A stretch of DNA of 64,000 nt, taken from the NCBI RefSeq assembly GCF_001194135.2, contig NC_068995.1, positions 40,122,221 to 40,186,220 of the forward strand, in the 5' to 3' direction. A program made the translations under genes and the position numbers. Positions 40,861-53,199 of this stretch are shown here, in pieces. The notes beneath the pieces are model-generated. The model saw nothing but the letters and a program-made list of their open reading frames with translations. It was not told where the DNA came from and did not search any database. Source of the stretch: Octopus bimaculoides (lineage: Eukaryota). Numbering within the stretch: position 1 is the first letter of the stretch; every line of letters starts with the position of its first letter.

Positions 40861-41112
40861 TACATACATCGCACTAATTCTTAAACATTAGCAGTTTTTA
40901 GTTGCCATGCAAAAACTTGTCAGTATATAACCATTTCTGTCCATTTGTAACGTGAACACATCGACAAAGTTCTTTGTTCATGTTTTCTATTGGTTGTCCT
41001 TGTTTTCGTCTTCATTCTTCCTTAATTTCCAAATATCAATCAACCTCTTCACTGGTTACAACATGGTGCACTGGCTCTGCTTTGTCTGTCTCTTGGCAAT
41101 ACAGAATTTAAT

Positions 41113-41183
41113 TTATGGATTGGCTGTCGTTGATACTGATGAGTAATTATTGTGATTTTCCAAACTCTGTGTATCGTTCGAAG
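41113..41183 (-). CDS. FST: Candidate terminal coding exon of follistatin (short Ser/Asn/Thr-rich tail)
   Basis: Strong minus-strand acceptor tttccttttattttaaattttttccag|. In phase 1 it reads (S)SNDTQSLENHNNYSSVSTTANP-stop. There is no homology support; the call rests on the splice signal and phase only. Confidence 0.4.
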
Positions 41184-41608
41184 CTGGAAAAAATTTAAAA
41201 TAAAAGGAAATAGTATTCAAGTAAGAAAATGAAGAAATATATTATTTAGTAATATTTATGATCAAGTGTACGTATGCATGTATGTATGTATTTGTATGTA
41301 TATACGTGTGTAGATCGCTGACCACTACATTTATATTTTTTTCTCCTTATTTCTTTCTGTGTTCCTTTCAGTTGAAGAGCGTAGCTCGAAACGTTAAAGA
41401 CTTTCTCTATTCCCGAGCGTTAAACTAATACATCCTTTTGTTGTTTACATCACCTGTCCTCGTCTGTTGTTTTTTTTTTCGTAAATTATCCCATATGTAT
41501 GTATAAATACATACATACATTTACGTGTGTATATATGTATGTATGTATGTATGTATATATGTACATATGTATTAGTGTATGCATTGTGTATGTGTATATG
41601 TATGTTCT

Positions 41609-41946
41609 GTGGAGGCGCAATGGCCCAGTGTTTAGGGCAGCGGACTCGCGGTCATAGCATCACGGTTTCGATTCCCAGACCGGGCGTTGTGAGTGTTTAT
41701 TGAGCGAAAACACCTAAAGCTCCAGCTCCACGAGGCTCCGGCAGGGGATGGTGGCGAACCCTGCTGTACTCTTTCACCACAATTTTCTCTCACTCTTACT
41801 TCCTGTTTCTGTTATACCTGTAATTCAAAGGGTCAGCTTTTTGTCACTCTGTGTCACGCTGAATATCCCCGAGAACTACATTAAGGGTACACGTGTCTGT
41901 GGAGTGCTCAGCCACTTGCACGTTAATTTCACGAGCAGGCTGTTCC
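41609..41946 (+). mobile_element. SINE family A, 3'-truncated
   Basis: Runs from gtggaggcgcaatggcccagtg to gcaggctgttcc. Confidence 0.85.
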
Positions 41947-42289
41947 TTTGATTTTCCACTTTCACCAAATACAAGCATTTCTTTTAGCTAAATTGCATTC
42001 CTATGTCAGCTGAAAATTTTGTTATTAACTCCAGCTGTTTTTTTGACATTGATAACATTTTTAGCATAAATCTTCAGGTCGTACACACAAAAATAATGGG
42101 TTACATTAAGATTTCTAGCTGTTGCAAACCCTTTTTTTTTTGTCATTTATAGTAGGAATGATAATGGGTTTAATATCAAAATGAAAAGAATTGGAATATT
42201 CTTTCTGAACTATATATGATCGGAGACGGTCCACTCGCTCACAGTTAAGCGTGAGAATTGTTGCTCAGATCTTTAGGAGCTCCTCAAAA

Positions 42290-42470
42290 ACAGCATCTAT
42301 GGCTGCAAGTACTTTCGCCAAATGTAGCAACCATGAATGAAGAAGTCAAATGCTTTCCTATAATCAAGCCATACTGACACCAGCGTTTCTGTTGTTTCCT
42401 TATTTGAGATTGTACAGCTTTGTTTATCAAAAGTTATTTGACACATGCCCAAGATCACTTCTTTCCATCT
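42290..42470 (-). mobile_element. Non-LTR RT fragment (R4-like)
   Basis: Minus-strand SVWLDYRKAFDF matches the W.DY.KAFDS motif. Confidence 0.55.
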
Positions 42471-42795
42471 GCCTGCACACGTACGTATGTATGTATGCAC
42501 GCATGTATATGCATGCATGTATGTACGTATGGTCTCACATTGGTAATAACTTTGAACAAACGACATGCGCACAAACAGAAGACAAAAATCTCGTGTTTAA
42601 AAATCTGAAGCCATAAGGCAAGGGAGAGAATTTCTACACTCTCAACCCATGTCAGGAGAGGAATGCTGATCCCCGAATAACCACAAGTTTTGTTTCTGTC
42701 GATATCTTCCTAGAGGACGCTCTATTACACATTATATATGTCATGAAGAATGCTCAGTCCAGTTACTTTTCCGTTGCCTACTGTTGATATACACG

Positions 42796-42827
<32 letters not shown>

Positions 42828-42839
42828 GATATATTTATA

Positions 42840-42999
42840 TATCAGGTTGAGTATAAAGTAAGCAACGTTTTGAACCATGAAGAATTTGTACCAGGTTTTT
42901 ACAGAGTTTTGAATTTTGTTTTAAACAGTTTTTTTTGCAATTGTCTGATAATACAGACATAGACTTTCGCAAATACATCAATAAATTAACATTGGTATT

Positions 43000-43032
<33 letters not shown>

Positions 43033-44070
43033 CACCTTTGTTAAAATCATCTGAAATGGAACTGTCAAAGCGCGGTATTCAAGCAATTTTGTTATTCAAC
43101 TTCAAAAAAAGAGCGTAAAGCAGCTGAAACTGCTCGCGATATCAACGAAACGTTTGATGAGGAAATGACCAGTGAGTGGTCAGCTCGAAAATGGTTTAAA
43201 CGATTTCGCAGCGGAGACCTGGGCCTTGAAGATTGTGAGCGTAGTGGAATGCCCATCTGTCATCGATGACGATCAATTAAAGTCCGTCATTGAGAAAGAT
43301 CCACGTAAAACCACTCGAGAACTAGCAAAAGAACTAGCAAAAGTTAGCCAGAAAACTGCCTGCAACCATTTTCATGCGATCATAAAATCAATAAAGTACG
43401 AAAAATAGGTACCTCGCAGTTTGAATGAAAACCAGAAAATGCGCAGATATGAAATTTGCTCGTCGCTTCTTCTCCACAACCAGACCGATCCATTTCTCGA
43501 CCCTATTGTAACTTGCGATGAGAAGTGGATACAGTACAATAATGAAAAAAAAATGTTCTTCGCAGTGGTTGGACCAAAATGAAGCACCAAAAGCCTTCCC
43601 TAAACCCGAGCTCTTCACAAAAGAAGGTTATGGTGACTGTTTGGTGATGTACTGCTGGACCCATCCACTAAAACTCCTTAAAACCTGGAAAAACCATTAC
43701 TGCAGAAACGTATTGCCATGAAAAGGCCAAAGTGAACGAAAAACTGCTATTCCTCCGTCTCAGACTGGTCAGCAGAAGAGGGCCAATCATTCTTCATGAC
43801 AATGCTTGACCACACGTTTCACTAATGACGCTTCAGAAGTTGAGGGAACTTCGCTATGAAGTCCTTTCCCACATGTTTATTTCCCAGACCTTTCTCCTAC
43901 CGACTACCACTTTTTCACTCTCCTTGATGGTTTCCTGCGAGAGAAGGAGTTAAAAAATCAAACCGATACTGAAAGTGTGTTCAAAGAGTTCATCAGTTCC
44001 AGGACTCCAGATTTTTATGTTACCAGAATAAACAAACTTGTAACTCGTTAGCAAAAACCGGTTGAGTACT
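42840..44070 (+). mobile_element. Decayed mariner element (Hsmar1/SETMAR-like) with left TIR
   Basis: TIR-like tatcaggttgagtataaagtaagcaacgtttt. KAAETARDINETF, WFKRFRSGD, TCDEKWIQYNN, HDNA, PDLSPTDYHFF and INKLVTR motifs, with stops. Confidence 0.82.
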
Positions 44071-44971
44071 CTACCATTAAGGTAAACGGCTATGGTCCAG
44101 GCTGTGTCCTCTTCAGCCACATCTGGTTTTTCGAGTACTCCAGAGTTGTATGTAGATACTGCGTTTGTGCTTAACATTTGAAAATACTTGAAAATAGTTT
44201 TTGCAGAGTAATTCCTGGAAAAAGTTTTGGTACCATTTATTCACCATTATGCGTGTGCTCATCCTTTAGGGGTCGATGAAATAAGTACTCATTGTGCACT
44301 GGGGTTGGTGTAATCGAGGTACCCTGTCCCCGAAATTGCTGTCCTTGTGCCAAAATTTGAAATCAATTATTTGAATCCTTCATATTTTGCTCTTGTTAAT
44401 TTGTCGTATTTTGCGATGTTTTTATTATTTCTATAATAATAAACGCGAAATTTTGTCTCTCCGTCCGTTTGGGACCCCTGTATCTCAGTCTACATTTTGC
44501 TCTACATAGACATATGATACCTTTTGGGAATCAGGATAATCCTGGGATTGAAAAATCTGCCCTTAATTTAGTTCTTGAACATCGAGCATTGGGATCGGGT
44601 CTGGATGAGGACCAGTTATGTACTAAAAATTGAAAATTCTAATTTTAAGGGAACTCCAAACATTTGTGAACTTCCAAGTTTTTCATTTAAATTGAATTTA
44701 GAATAATACCATATTGGTAGGGTACCAATAAATGCTTTATCATTGCTCTCTTTAGTTTGAGCCACAGGCGCAATTAGCCCTTCGTAGGAGCCAGCTTAAA
44801 AGTCCGTACGGAGTGCGGTTTTATCATATTCGGGTTCAGTAAACAACTTTTATCTCCTAAACACCTCTTGTCTCATTTCCACATATTGTCAATTTGTGTT
44901 TCAAAAAAAATAAATAAAACGAAAGAATAATAAAAAAAAAAGAAATGTTCCGAAAAAAAAATACAACTTAC

Positions 44972-45199
44972 ATTTACAGCTCCCTGTATGTACAGCTTTA
45001 ATATAAATTCCCTGTTTGCAAGCACTGGCGCTGAGATCGCAGTAGTTCTCATAAGTGCGGTTGTTTGTGCCACACACTCTAACACTTGGCACATGTTCAC
45101 AATGGCGGTTGCAACCGTAGCACACAGGGCGGCCATTTCTTGGATCGGTTAGACACGTCTTGCCAGACGGACAAACAATATTACTACAATTAGCATTTT
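44972..45199 (-). CDS. FST: Follistatin FS domain 3 exon
   Basis: Acceptor catttacag| and donor AAAT|gtaagt; 228 nt, phase 1/1. NCSNIVCPSGKTCLTDPRNGRPVCYGCNRHC...VCGTNNRTYENYCDL...CKQGIYIKAVHTGSCK. Confidence 0.92.
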
Positions 45200-45357
45200 C
45201 TGTAAATGATATAAAGTTTGAAATGAGACAAAAACATACGGCAATAAATCATTGGTTGCGTTGCTAATAATTCATCAGAACTTTAAAAGAAAACGCGATT
45301 GATGTTACTTAGTGTGACTGCATAGTCGCATAATTAATAGGGTAATGAATTAAATTA

Positions 45358-45650
45358 TTCTTTTCTACTCTAGGCACAAGGCCCGAATTTTTGCGGGAAG
45401 GGGGCCAGTCGAATAGATTGATCCCAGTACTTAATTTATCGGCGGCGAAAGGATGAAAGGCAAACTTGATCTCGGCGGAATTTGAACTCAGAACGTAGAG
45501 ACAGACGAAATACCGCGAAGCATTTCGCCCGGTGTGCTAACGTTTCTTATTTCTTTACTGCCCACAAGAGGCTACTCACAGAGAGGACAAACAAGGACAG
45601 ACAAACGGATTAAGTCGATAATATCGACCCCAGTGCGTAACTGGTACTTG
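45358..45650 (-). mobile_element. SINE family C dimer fragment with a tail-to-head junction
   Basis: The minus strand reads core, tail ...aaagaaataagaaac, then gttagcacacc head; junction at 45541/45542. Confidence 0.75.
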
Positions 45651-45803
45651 GGATCTTTTTTAAAACGGGGGCCACATTTTTCATTAACGAAACACTTTGA
45701 AACTTGGAACACTGGTAGAATGTGTCATATAAAACATCTTTTTCTCTTAGTCTTCTTAAAAAAAAAAGAAAGAAAGAGACTGAGAAAAATGTAAACGTGT
45801 TAC

Positions 45804-45974
45804 CTCGACACCTTCCATGATATGCTAATCTGATACTGCGTCCCTGTTGGCAAGCTGTTGATATGAGATGACAGAAACTGTTATGCGTATTGCCGTTTTC
45901 GTCACAGAGATAACGTCGTATTTGGTTTGGACTGCAGTGTTGGTTACAATAGACACAGTGGGGTAATGTCGTGC
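45804..45974 (-). other. Second, identical partial copy of the follistatin FS2 exon next to a gap
   Basis: 45758-45974 is identical to 47057-47273, including the donor site. It runs into the N gap at 45975-46717. Confidence 0.85.
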
Positions 45975-47102
45975 NNNNNNNNNNNNNNNNNNNNNNNNNN
46001 NNNNNNNNNNNNNNNNNNNNNNNNNNNNNNNNNNNNNNNNNNNNNNNNNNNNNNNNNNNNNNNNNNNNNNNNNNNNNNNNNNNNNNNNNNNNNNNNNNNN
46101 NNNNNNNNNNNNNNNNNNNNNNNNNNNNNNNNNNNNNNNNNNNNNNNNNNNNNNNNNNNNNNNNNNNNNNNNNNNNNNNNNNNNNNNNNNNNNNNNNNNN
46201 NNNNNNNNNNNNNNNNNNNNNNNNNNNNNNNNNNNNNNNNNNNNNNNNNNNNNNNNNNNNNNNNNNNNNNNNNNNNNNNNNNNNNNNNNNNNNNNNNNNN
46301 NNNNNNNNNNNNNNNNNNNNNNNNNNNNNNNNNNNNNNNNNNNNNNNNNNNNNNNNNNNNNNNNNNNNNNNNNNNNNNNNNNNNNNNNNNNNNNNNNNNN
46401 NNNNNNNNNNNNNNNNNNNNNNNNNNNNNNNNNNNNNNNNNNNNNNNNNNNNNNNNNNNNNNNNNNNNNNNNNNNNNNNNNNNNNNNNNNNNNNNNNNNN
46501 NNNNNNNNNNNNNNNNNNNNNNNNNNNNNNNNNNNNNNNNNNNNNNNNNNNNNNNNNNNNNNNNNNNNNNNNNNNNNNNNNNNNNNNNNNNNNNNNNNNN
46601 NNNNNNNNNNNNNNNNNNNNNNNNNNNNNNNNNNNNNNNNNNNNNNNNNNNNNNNNNNNNNNNNNNNNNNNNNNNNNNNNNNNNNNNNNNNNNNNNNNNN
46701 NNNNNNNNNNNNNNNNGATTAATTTAACTTTAGTTACACCTTTAATGCTCTTGGGAAAGGTGTAACAATCAAATCATTTTCTTCGAAAATATGGGATCTT
46801 TGTTAAAAGGAAAAATGCTGTTTTATTCAGTATCGATGTTATCGAAAGGTATTGAGTTGTATAAAGTAAACTTCAAAAGCAGGAAAACATTTTTTAACTG
46901 ATTAATGAAACGAGAAATATCTATAAATAAGGTATTGGAAACTTAAACTGTTACCACTTGACATAATGGATTCGTTTTCACATCTGATTAATGTATTGAT
47001 TAGAAAGCATTTTATTTTTCAGATAATACTGTAAATTTTTCATTAAACTGAAAAAAAAAAAAAAAAGAAAGAAAGAGACTGAGAAAAATGTAAACGTGTT
47101 AC

Positions 47103-47327
47103 CTCGACACCTTCCATGATATGCTAATCTGATACTGCGTCCCTGTTGGCAAGCTGTTGATATGAGATGACAGAAACTGTTATGCGTATTGCCGTTTTCG
47201 TCACAGAGATAACGTCGTATTTGGTTTGGACTGCAGTGTTGGTTACAATAGACACAGTGGGGTAATGTCGTGCGATCCTCGATACACCGCTTTCTAGTGC
47301 TGTAGCAGCTGACACCTTTGCACGAAT
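47103..47327 (-). CDS. FST: Follistatin FS domain 2 exon
   Basis: Acceptor tttgtttag| and donor CGAG|gtaaca; 225 nt, phase 1/1. SCKGVSCYSTRKRCIEDRTTLPHCVYCNQHC...YLCDENGNTHNSFCHL...CQQGRSIRLAYHGRCR; the GRSI.LAY.G.C motif is typical of follistatin FSD2. Confidence 0.92.
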
Positions 47328-47684
47328 CTAAACAAACAAAACAAAAAAAAAAAGCAATAAAGAAAACGGATTAGAATGATTGGAATGAGACTGTTATATT
47401 ACAGAAGACTGTGTCTCCGGCATATTTCTGCAGAAAGCTATACTGATATAGCTAAGCAATCAATTGCTTCAATGACAGAGAAAAGCAAATGAAGCGAGCC
47501 AAAGGAATTGGCACAATCAGGCATAGAAACTGTGCCGTGAACAAATAGGTTGCAAGGGCTCTAGCGCCACATTACTATGCAAGGGCAATGAGCGAGGAAA
47601 TTTTCTATGATTAACAACAAAACTAAGGGGAGTAGTCCGGAATTATAATTATTCAGTCAGTAACTAGGGGGAAAATTAGATCAT

Positions 47685-48381
47685 AACCACATGGTTCCGG
47701 GTTCAGTCCCACTGCGTGGTACCTTGGGCAAGTTTCTTCTACTATAGCCTCGGGCCGACCAAAGCCTTGTGAATGGATTTGGTAGACGGAAACTGAAAGA
47801 GGCTCGTCGTATATATGTACATATATATATATGTATGTGTGTGTATATGTTTGTGTGTCTGTGTTTGTCCCCCCAACTTCGCTTGACAACCGATGTTGGT
47901 GTGTTTACGTCCCCGTAACTTAGCGGTTCGGCAAAAAGAGACCGATACAATAAGTACAAGGCTTCCAAAGAATAAGTCCTGGGGTTGATTTGCTTNNNNN
48001 NNNNNGATCATAACCACATGGTTCCGGGTTCAGTCCCACTGCGTGGTACCTTGGGCAAGTTTCTTCTACTATAGCCTCGGGCCGACCAAAGCCTTGTGAA
48101 TGGATTTGGTAGACGGAAACTGAAAGAGGCTCGTCGTATATATGTACATATATATATATGTATGTGTGTGTATATGTTTGTGTGTCTGTGTTTGTCCCCC
48201 CAACTTCGCTTGACAACCGATGTTGGTGTGTTTACGTCCCCGTAACTTAGCGGTTCGGCAAAAAGAGACCGATACAATAAGTACAAGGCTTCCAAAGAAT
48301 AAGTCCTGGGGTTGATTTGCTTGACTAAAGGTGGTGCCCCAGCATGGCCGCAGTCAAATGACTGAAACAAGTAAAAGAATA
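47685..48381 (+). mobile_element. SINE family B, duplicated across a 10-N gap (assembly overlap)
   Basis: About 47679-47995 repeats as 48006-48322; the tail is completed only in the second copy. Confidence 0.85.
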
Positions 48382-48439
48382 TAGTGTTATCACAATATTT
48401 GTTGACGAAGCCCTTTCTGCCCCACTCTCGATCATTTTA

Positions 48440-49148
48440 ATAGTTTCTCAAAGATAGCTTTTGTCCCCCACTTTCTTGTTCTTATAAAGCAATGATTTAC
48501 CGGATGGTCTTTAAATTGCCCCCGAACTTTTTGTAATCACACCACATCCACAGAGAACCTTCACACCACACACCTAATCTGCATGGGTTCCTTGAAAGAA
48601 GATCTTCAGATCGTCTTCCAGGAAGACCATGCCAACTTTATCTCTTTTAACATCAAAAAGTAACTCACGAACTACTCACATCAAGGAAACATTACTGCAC
48701 CTCCTATCAAACATGAGTGGCTCTCAGTTAGAACCAACACTGTCACTCCAAATACTGGTCACATCCTTAACATAATTAGAATCGCATCTCCAAAACTTCG
48801 GGGGTAAGAAAATATTTTCGTCCCCAGCAGCTATTGTCGTTCTGCAAGGCTCAAGTGAGAGCCACAATGGAGTACTACTCCTACACATGGGAAAGTGTTG
48901 CTGTTACGCTCACAGACATTTGGACCGCATTTAGAGAAGATTCACTTGTGTCATGAGTATTCAAACACTAATACGGATACATTATAGCCTCTGGTATACA
49001 GCTATACTGTCTCTTCTCTGTGTTTTCTATCACCACTTTTACGGCCTCTGTTCTTTGGAGTTGGCAGGTGTTGTACCTCCATCATTTTGGCACCCACGAC
49101 CCACTCTTCACACTTGTTGCACCCCACCCCTGGTCTCGCGCTAACTAT
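48440..49148 (+). mobile_element. Decayed CR1/Jockey-group LINE RT C-terminal fragment
   Basis: KAQVRATMEYYSYTW at about 48846-48895 matches YKAQ.RP.MEY.S.VW. Confidence 0.55.
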
Positions 49149-50041
49149 NNNNNNNNNNNNNNNNNNNNNNNNNNNNNNNNNNNNNNNNNNNNNNNNNNNN
49201 NNNNNNNNNNNNNNNNNNNNNNNNNNNNNNNNNNNNNNNNNNNNNNNNNNNNNNNNNNNNNNNNNNNNNNNNNNNNNNNNNNNNNNNNNNNNNNNNNNNN
49301 NNNNNNNNNNNNNNNNNNNNNNNNNNNNNNNNNNNNNNNNNNNNNNNNNNNNNNNNNNNNNNNNNNNNNNNNNNNNNNNNNNNNNNNNNNNNNNNNNNNN
49401 NNNNNNNNNNNNNNNNNNNNNNNNNNNNNNNNNNNNNNNNNNNNNNNNNNNNNNNNNNNNNNNNNNNNNNNNNNNNNNNNNNNNNNNNNNNNNNNNNNNN
49501 NNNNNNNNNNNNNNNNNNNNNNNNNNNNNNNNNNNNNNNNNNNNNNNNNNNNNNNNNNNNNNNNNNNNNNNNNNNNNNNNNNNNNNNNNNNNNNNNNNNN
49601 NNNNNNNNNNNNNNNNNNNNNNNNNNNNNNNNNNNNNNNNNNNNNNNNNNNNNNNNNNNNNNNNNNNNNNNNNNNNNNNNNNNNNNNNNNNNNNNNNNNN
49701 NNNNNNNNNNNNNNNNNNNNNNNNNNNNNNNNNNNNNNNNNNNNNNNNNNNNNNNNNNNNNNNNNNNNNNNNNNNNNNNNNNNNNNNNNNNNNNNNNNNN
49801 NNNNNNNNNNNNNNNNNNNNNNNNNNNNNNNNNNNNNNNNNNNNNNNNNNNNNNNNNNNNNNNNNNNNNNNNNNNNNNNNNNNNNNNNNNNNNNNNNNNN
49901 NNNNNNNNNNNNNNNNNNNNNNNNNNNNNNNNNNNNNNNNNNNNNNNNNNNNNNNNNNNNNNNNNNNNNNNNNNNNNNNNNNNNNNNNNNNNNNNNNNNN
50001 NNNNNNNNNNNNNNNNNNNNNNNNNNNNNNNNNNNNNNNNN

Positions 50042-50120
<79 letters not shown>

Positions 50121-50233
50121 TGTATGTATGTATGTATGTGTGTATGTATGTATGTTTGTATATATGGAACAATTGCAGCGTGGACGAGGTTTAGTACTAT
50201 ATATATATACATAGATATAAACATACATATGTA

Positions 50234-50870
50234 TACGAGGTCTGATCAATAAGTATCCGTATTGTTGCTATAGTAACGAAGCTAAAGTCCGCTGAGTGAA
50301 GCGGCTTGGCAAAGACTGACCTTGAACTCTGCTGAGCATAAGCAGTAAGTTTTAGTGTTCTAACTCACTTCTACTGTTTACAACAGTGCTTGAAAGGATC
50401 GCGTATGGCATGTGATCGTCGCATTGACCGTGACAGAGAAAGTTTTCATGGTGATACCTGCTCAGAGGCTGACGCAAAGATGCAGAAAAGGTATGAAGAG
50501 GAGTGTATGAGCCGCACACAAATGTACGAATGGTTCAGACGTTTCCAAGATGGCCGAAAAATGTCGATATTGACGAACGTTTTGGGAGATACGCAACCAT
50601 CAGAACTGAGAAAAACATTGCAGAATTGCGTGCAGCTGTGATGGCAAATCGTCGAATCTCCATCCATGAGTTATCAGAGGATATGCAGATTAGTTACGGT
50701 TCAGTTCAATTCATTATCACTGAAGATTTGAGTATGAGACGCGTGTGTGACAAGTTAGGGACAAAACTGCTTTCAGCTGACCAAATAGACACACGGGTTT
50801 CAGTTGCACAAGATTGTGTCGGGAACGAAGAAAACTTTTTGAAAACTCTGTTCGTCTTTCTCTTTCATGG
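50234..50870 (+). mobile_element. Mariner 5' portion (TIR plus HTH region)
   Basis: tacgaggtctgatcaataagtatccg TIR. MSRTQMYEWFRRFQDGR, VMANRRISIHELSEDMQISYGSVQFIITEDLSMRRVCDK. Confidence 0.8.
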
Positions 50871-51132
50871 TCATTGTGACGATCACACGCTACACACCTT
50901 CCTTCCAAGCACTGCTATAAACAGAGGAAGTAAGCTAGAACGTTGAAATTTAGTGCGCATGCACAGCAGTGTTCAGGGTCAATCTGCACCAAGCAGCTTT
51001 ACTCAGCGAGCGTCAGCTTCGTTTCTATGGCAACAATTCGGATACTTATTGATCAGACCACTTATATATTTATATATATGTACATATGCATGTATACATA
51101 TGCATATGCATGTATATATATGCATATGCATG

Positions 51133-51197
<65 letters not shown>

Positions 51198-51520
51198 TAC
51201 TCAAAGAAATTCCACTTTCGATTTTCACGTTTTACTTACAATCTTATAATCAGACAAGATAACATAACATAATGAATTTACAGTTGTAAATTGTAAAACA
51301 TAACAGTCACCACTACTATATAAAACACCTGAAGATTGCATAGTTTAATGCATGAAAGTACTAGTTCAATCTGAATGGACATCTAATATTCTATCATTTC
51401 ATTATATTATATTATCTTATATTATTATAGGATTGTAAATAAAATGTGGAAACCAGACAAAGTTGGAATTTCTTTGAGTAATATATTCTTCTATACATAA
51501 CCATACACACCTGTGTATGC

Positions 51521-51595
<75 letters not shown>

Positions 51596-51874
51596 GNNNN
51601 NNNNNNNNNNNNNNNNNNNNNNNNNNNNNNNNNNNNNNNNNNNNNNNNNNNNNNNNNNNNNNNNNNNNNNNNNNNNNNNNNNNNNNNNNNNNNNNNNNNN
51701 NNNNNNNNNNNNNNNNNNNNNNNNNNNNNNNNNNNNNNNNNNNNNNNNNNNNNNNNNNNNNNNNNNNNNNNNNNNNNNNNNNNNNNNNNNNNNNNNNNNN
51801 NNNNNNNNNNNNNNNNNNNNNNNNNNNNNNNNNNNNNNNNNNNNNNNNNNNNNNNNNNNNNNNNNNNNNNNNNN

Positions 51875-52100
51875 ACATGTGTGTGTGTGTGGACTGTGTC
51901 TGTATTTGGCCCCCATCATCGCTTGACAACCGGTTTTGGTGCGTTTACGTCCACGTAACGTAGCGGTTCGGTAAAAGAGATTGATAGAATAAGTACTAGG
52001 CTTTACAAAAAATAAGTCCTGGGGTCGATTTGTTCGACTAAAACCCTTCAAGGTGGTGCTGCAGCATGACCGCAGTTAAATGGCTGAAAAAGGTAAAAGA
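51875..52100 (+). mobile_element. SINE family B, 3' half
   Basis: cgcttgacaaccgg...aataagtcctggggtcgatttg...ggtggtgctgcagcatgaccgcag tail. Confidence 0.8.
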
Positions 52101-52114
52101 ATAAATATTTATAC

Positions 52115-52148
<34 letters not shown>

Positions 52149-52189
52149 TCTGCAAACGAAAACCAAACAAGATGGTAGAGAAAACTCAC

Positions 52190-52417
52190 TGCGACACGAT
52201 CCCAAGTAAGCAATGCTGACGGACTTTCTATGTCGACAGTTATATTTCAGTAGACTGCAATGGTTCCGATATTCTTTGCCATCAGAACCACATAGTTTAC
52301 CACGATAGTTCTGGAAGCGGGATGGCAGTGTACAATTAGGAGCGCAAATACAGCGCGGTTGCCCTCCTCGCATGCGACAGACTTTGTTTGCACCACAGTT
52401 TACGTTTTCGCAGTTTG
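52190..52417 (-). CDS. FST: Follistatin FS domain 1 exon (EGF-like plus Kazal)
   Basis: Acceptor tttcag| and donor CGCA|gtgagt; 228 nt, phase 1/1. NCENVNCGANKVCRMRGGQPRCICAPNC...LCGSDGKEYRNHCSLLKYNC...IAYLGSCR has the 10-Cys FS pattern. Confidence 0.92.
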
Positions 52418-53019
52418 CTGAAATGTAAAATAAATATTACAGAACAATTACATGAAATTAATCAAGGGATTCGATAGGTGTATATAGTGTTCAGGCTAAA
52501 TTTGACGATTTTTTAAGTTTCCTTTTTTTATAACTTTTTCAGATCGCCAGATCATGAGTTCAATTCCCTAAGCGAGCGCGTATGGTAGGTATTCTTTAGA
52601 AAACCATTTCATTTCAGGTTCCTCGATTGGTGTATACCGGGTGCTCAAGCTAAATTTGACGTTTTTAAGTCACCTTTCTTTTCAAATCGGCAGATCAGAA
52701 GTTTGATACCCGAACCGAGCAGCATATTGTGTTCTTGAGCAAAACATTTCATTTCACCTTCCTCTGTTGCTATGTGGGGACCGGCATATCACAGAATAGA
52801 CCCAACCTTACCTCTGCATGTCGTAATAGGCGACTAAAAGAGGTTGAGGGAGGATTTGCACTCCGGCCTTGTAAAACCCTCACCAGCAACGGCTACCCAA
52901 ACAGACCCGTGGGCTGGAGGGTTATCACTTTGGTGGTGCAAAAGTGTCAACTGTCTCGAGGAGTAGGGAATCACCAACAAGTGGTGGATGCAGCAACACG
53001 TTGTTACAGCACATGGTCC

Positions 53020-53163
<144 letters not shown>

Positions 53164-53199
53164 ATTTTGATGCATTGGTTAATAGTCATCAACGTTAGA

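Noticed and set aside
43950-44177. Minus-strand ORF as the follistatin last exon
   Set aside because: Weak acceptor, and it overlaps the antisense strand of the mariner 3' end.
44901-44971. Hydrophobic tail (KLYFFFGTFLFFLLFFRFIYFF) suggesting membrane-anchored follistatin by intron read-through
   Set aside because: It is the translation of a T-rich intron after a perfect gtaagt donor; no other support.
47679-48322. Apparent tandem SINE B dimer
   Set aside because: Identical copies flanking a 10-N gap; assembly overlap.
52795-52850. Possible HDV-like ribozyme (cctctgcatgtcgtaataggcgactaaaagagg)
   Set aside because: It folds as a simple hairpin; I could not build P1 and P3 pairings for the double pseudoknot.
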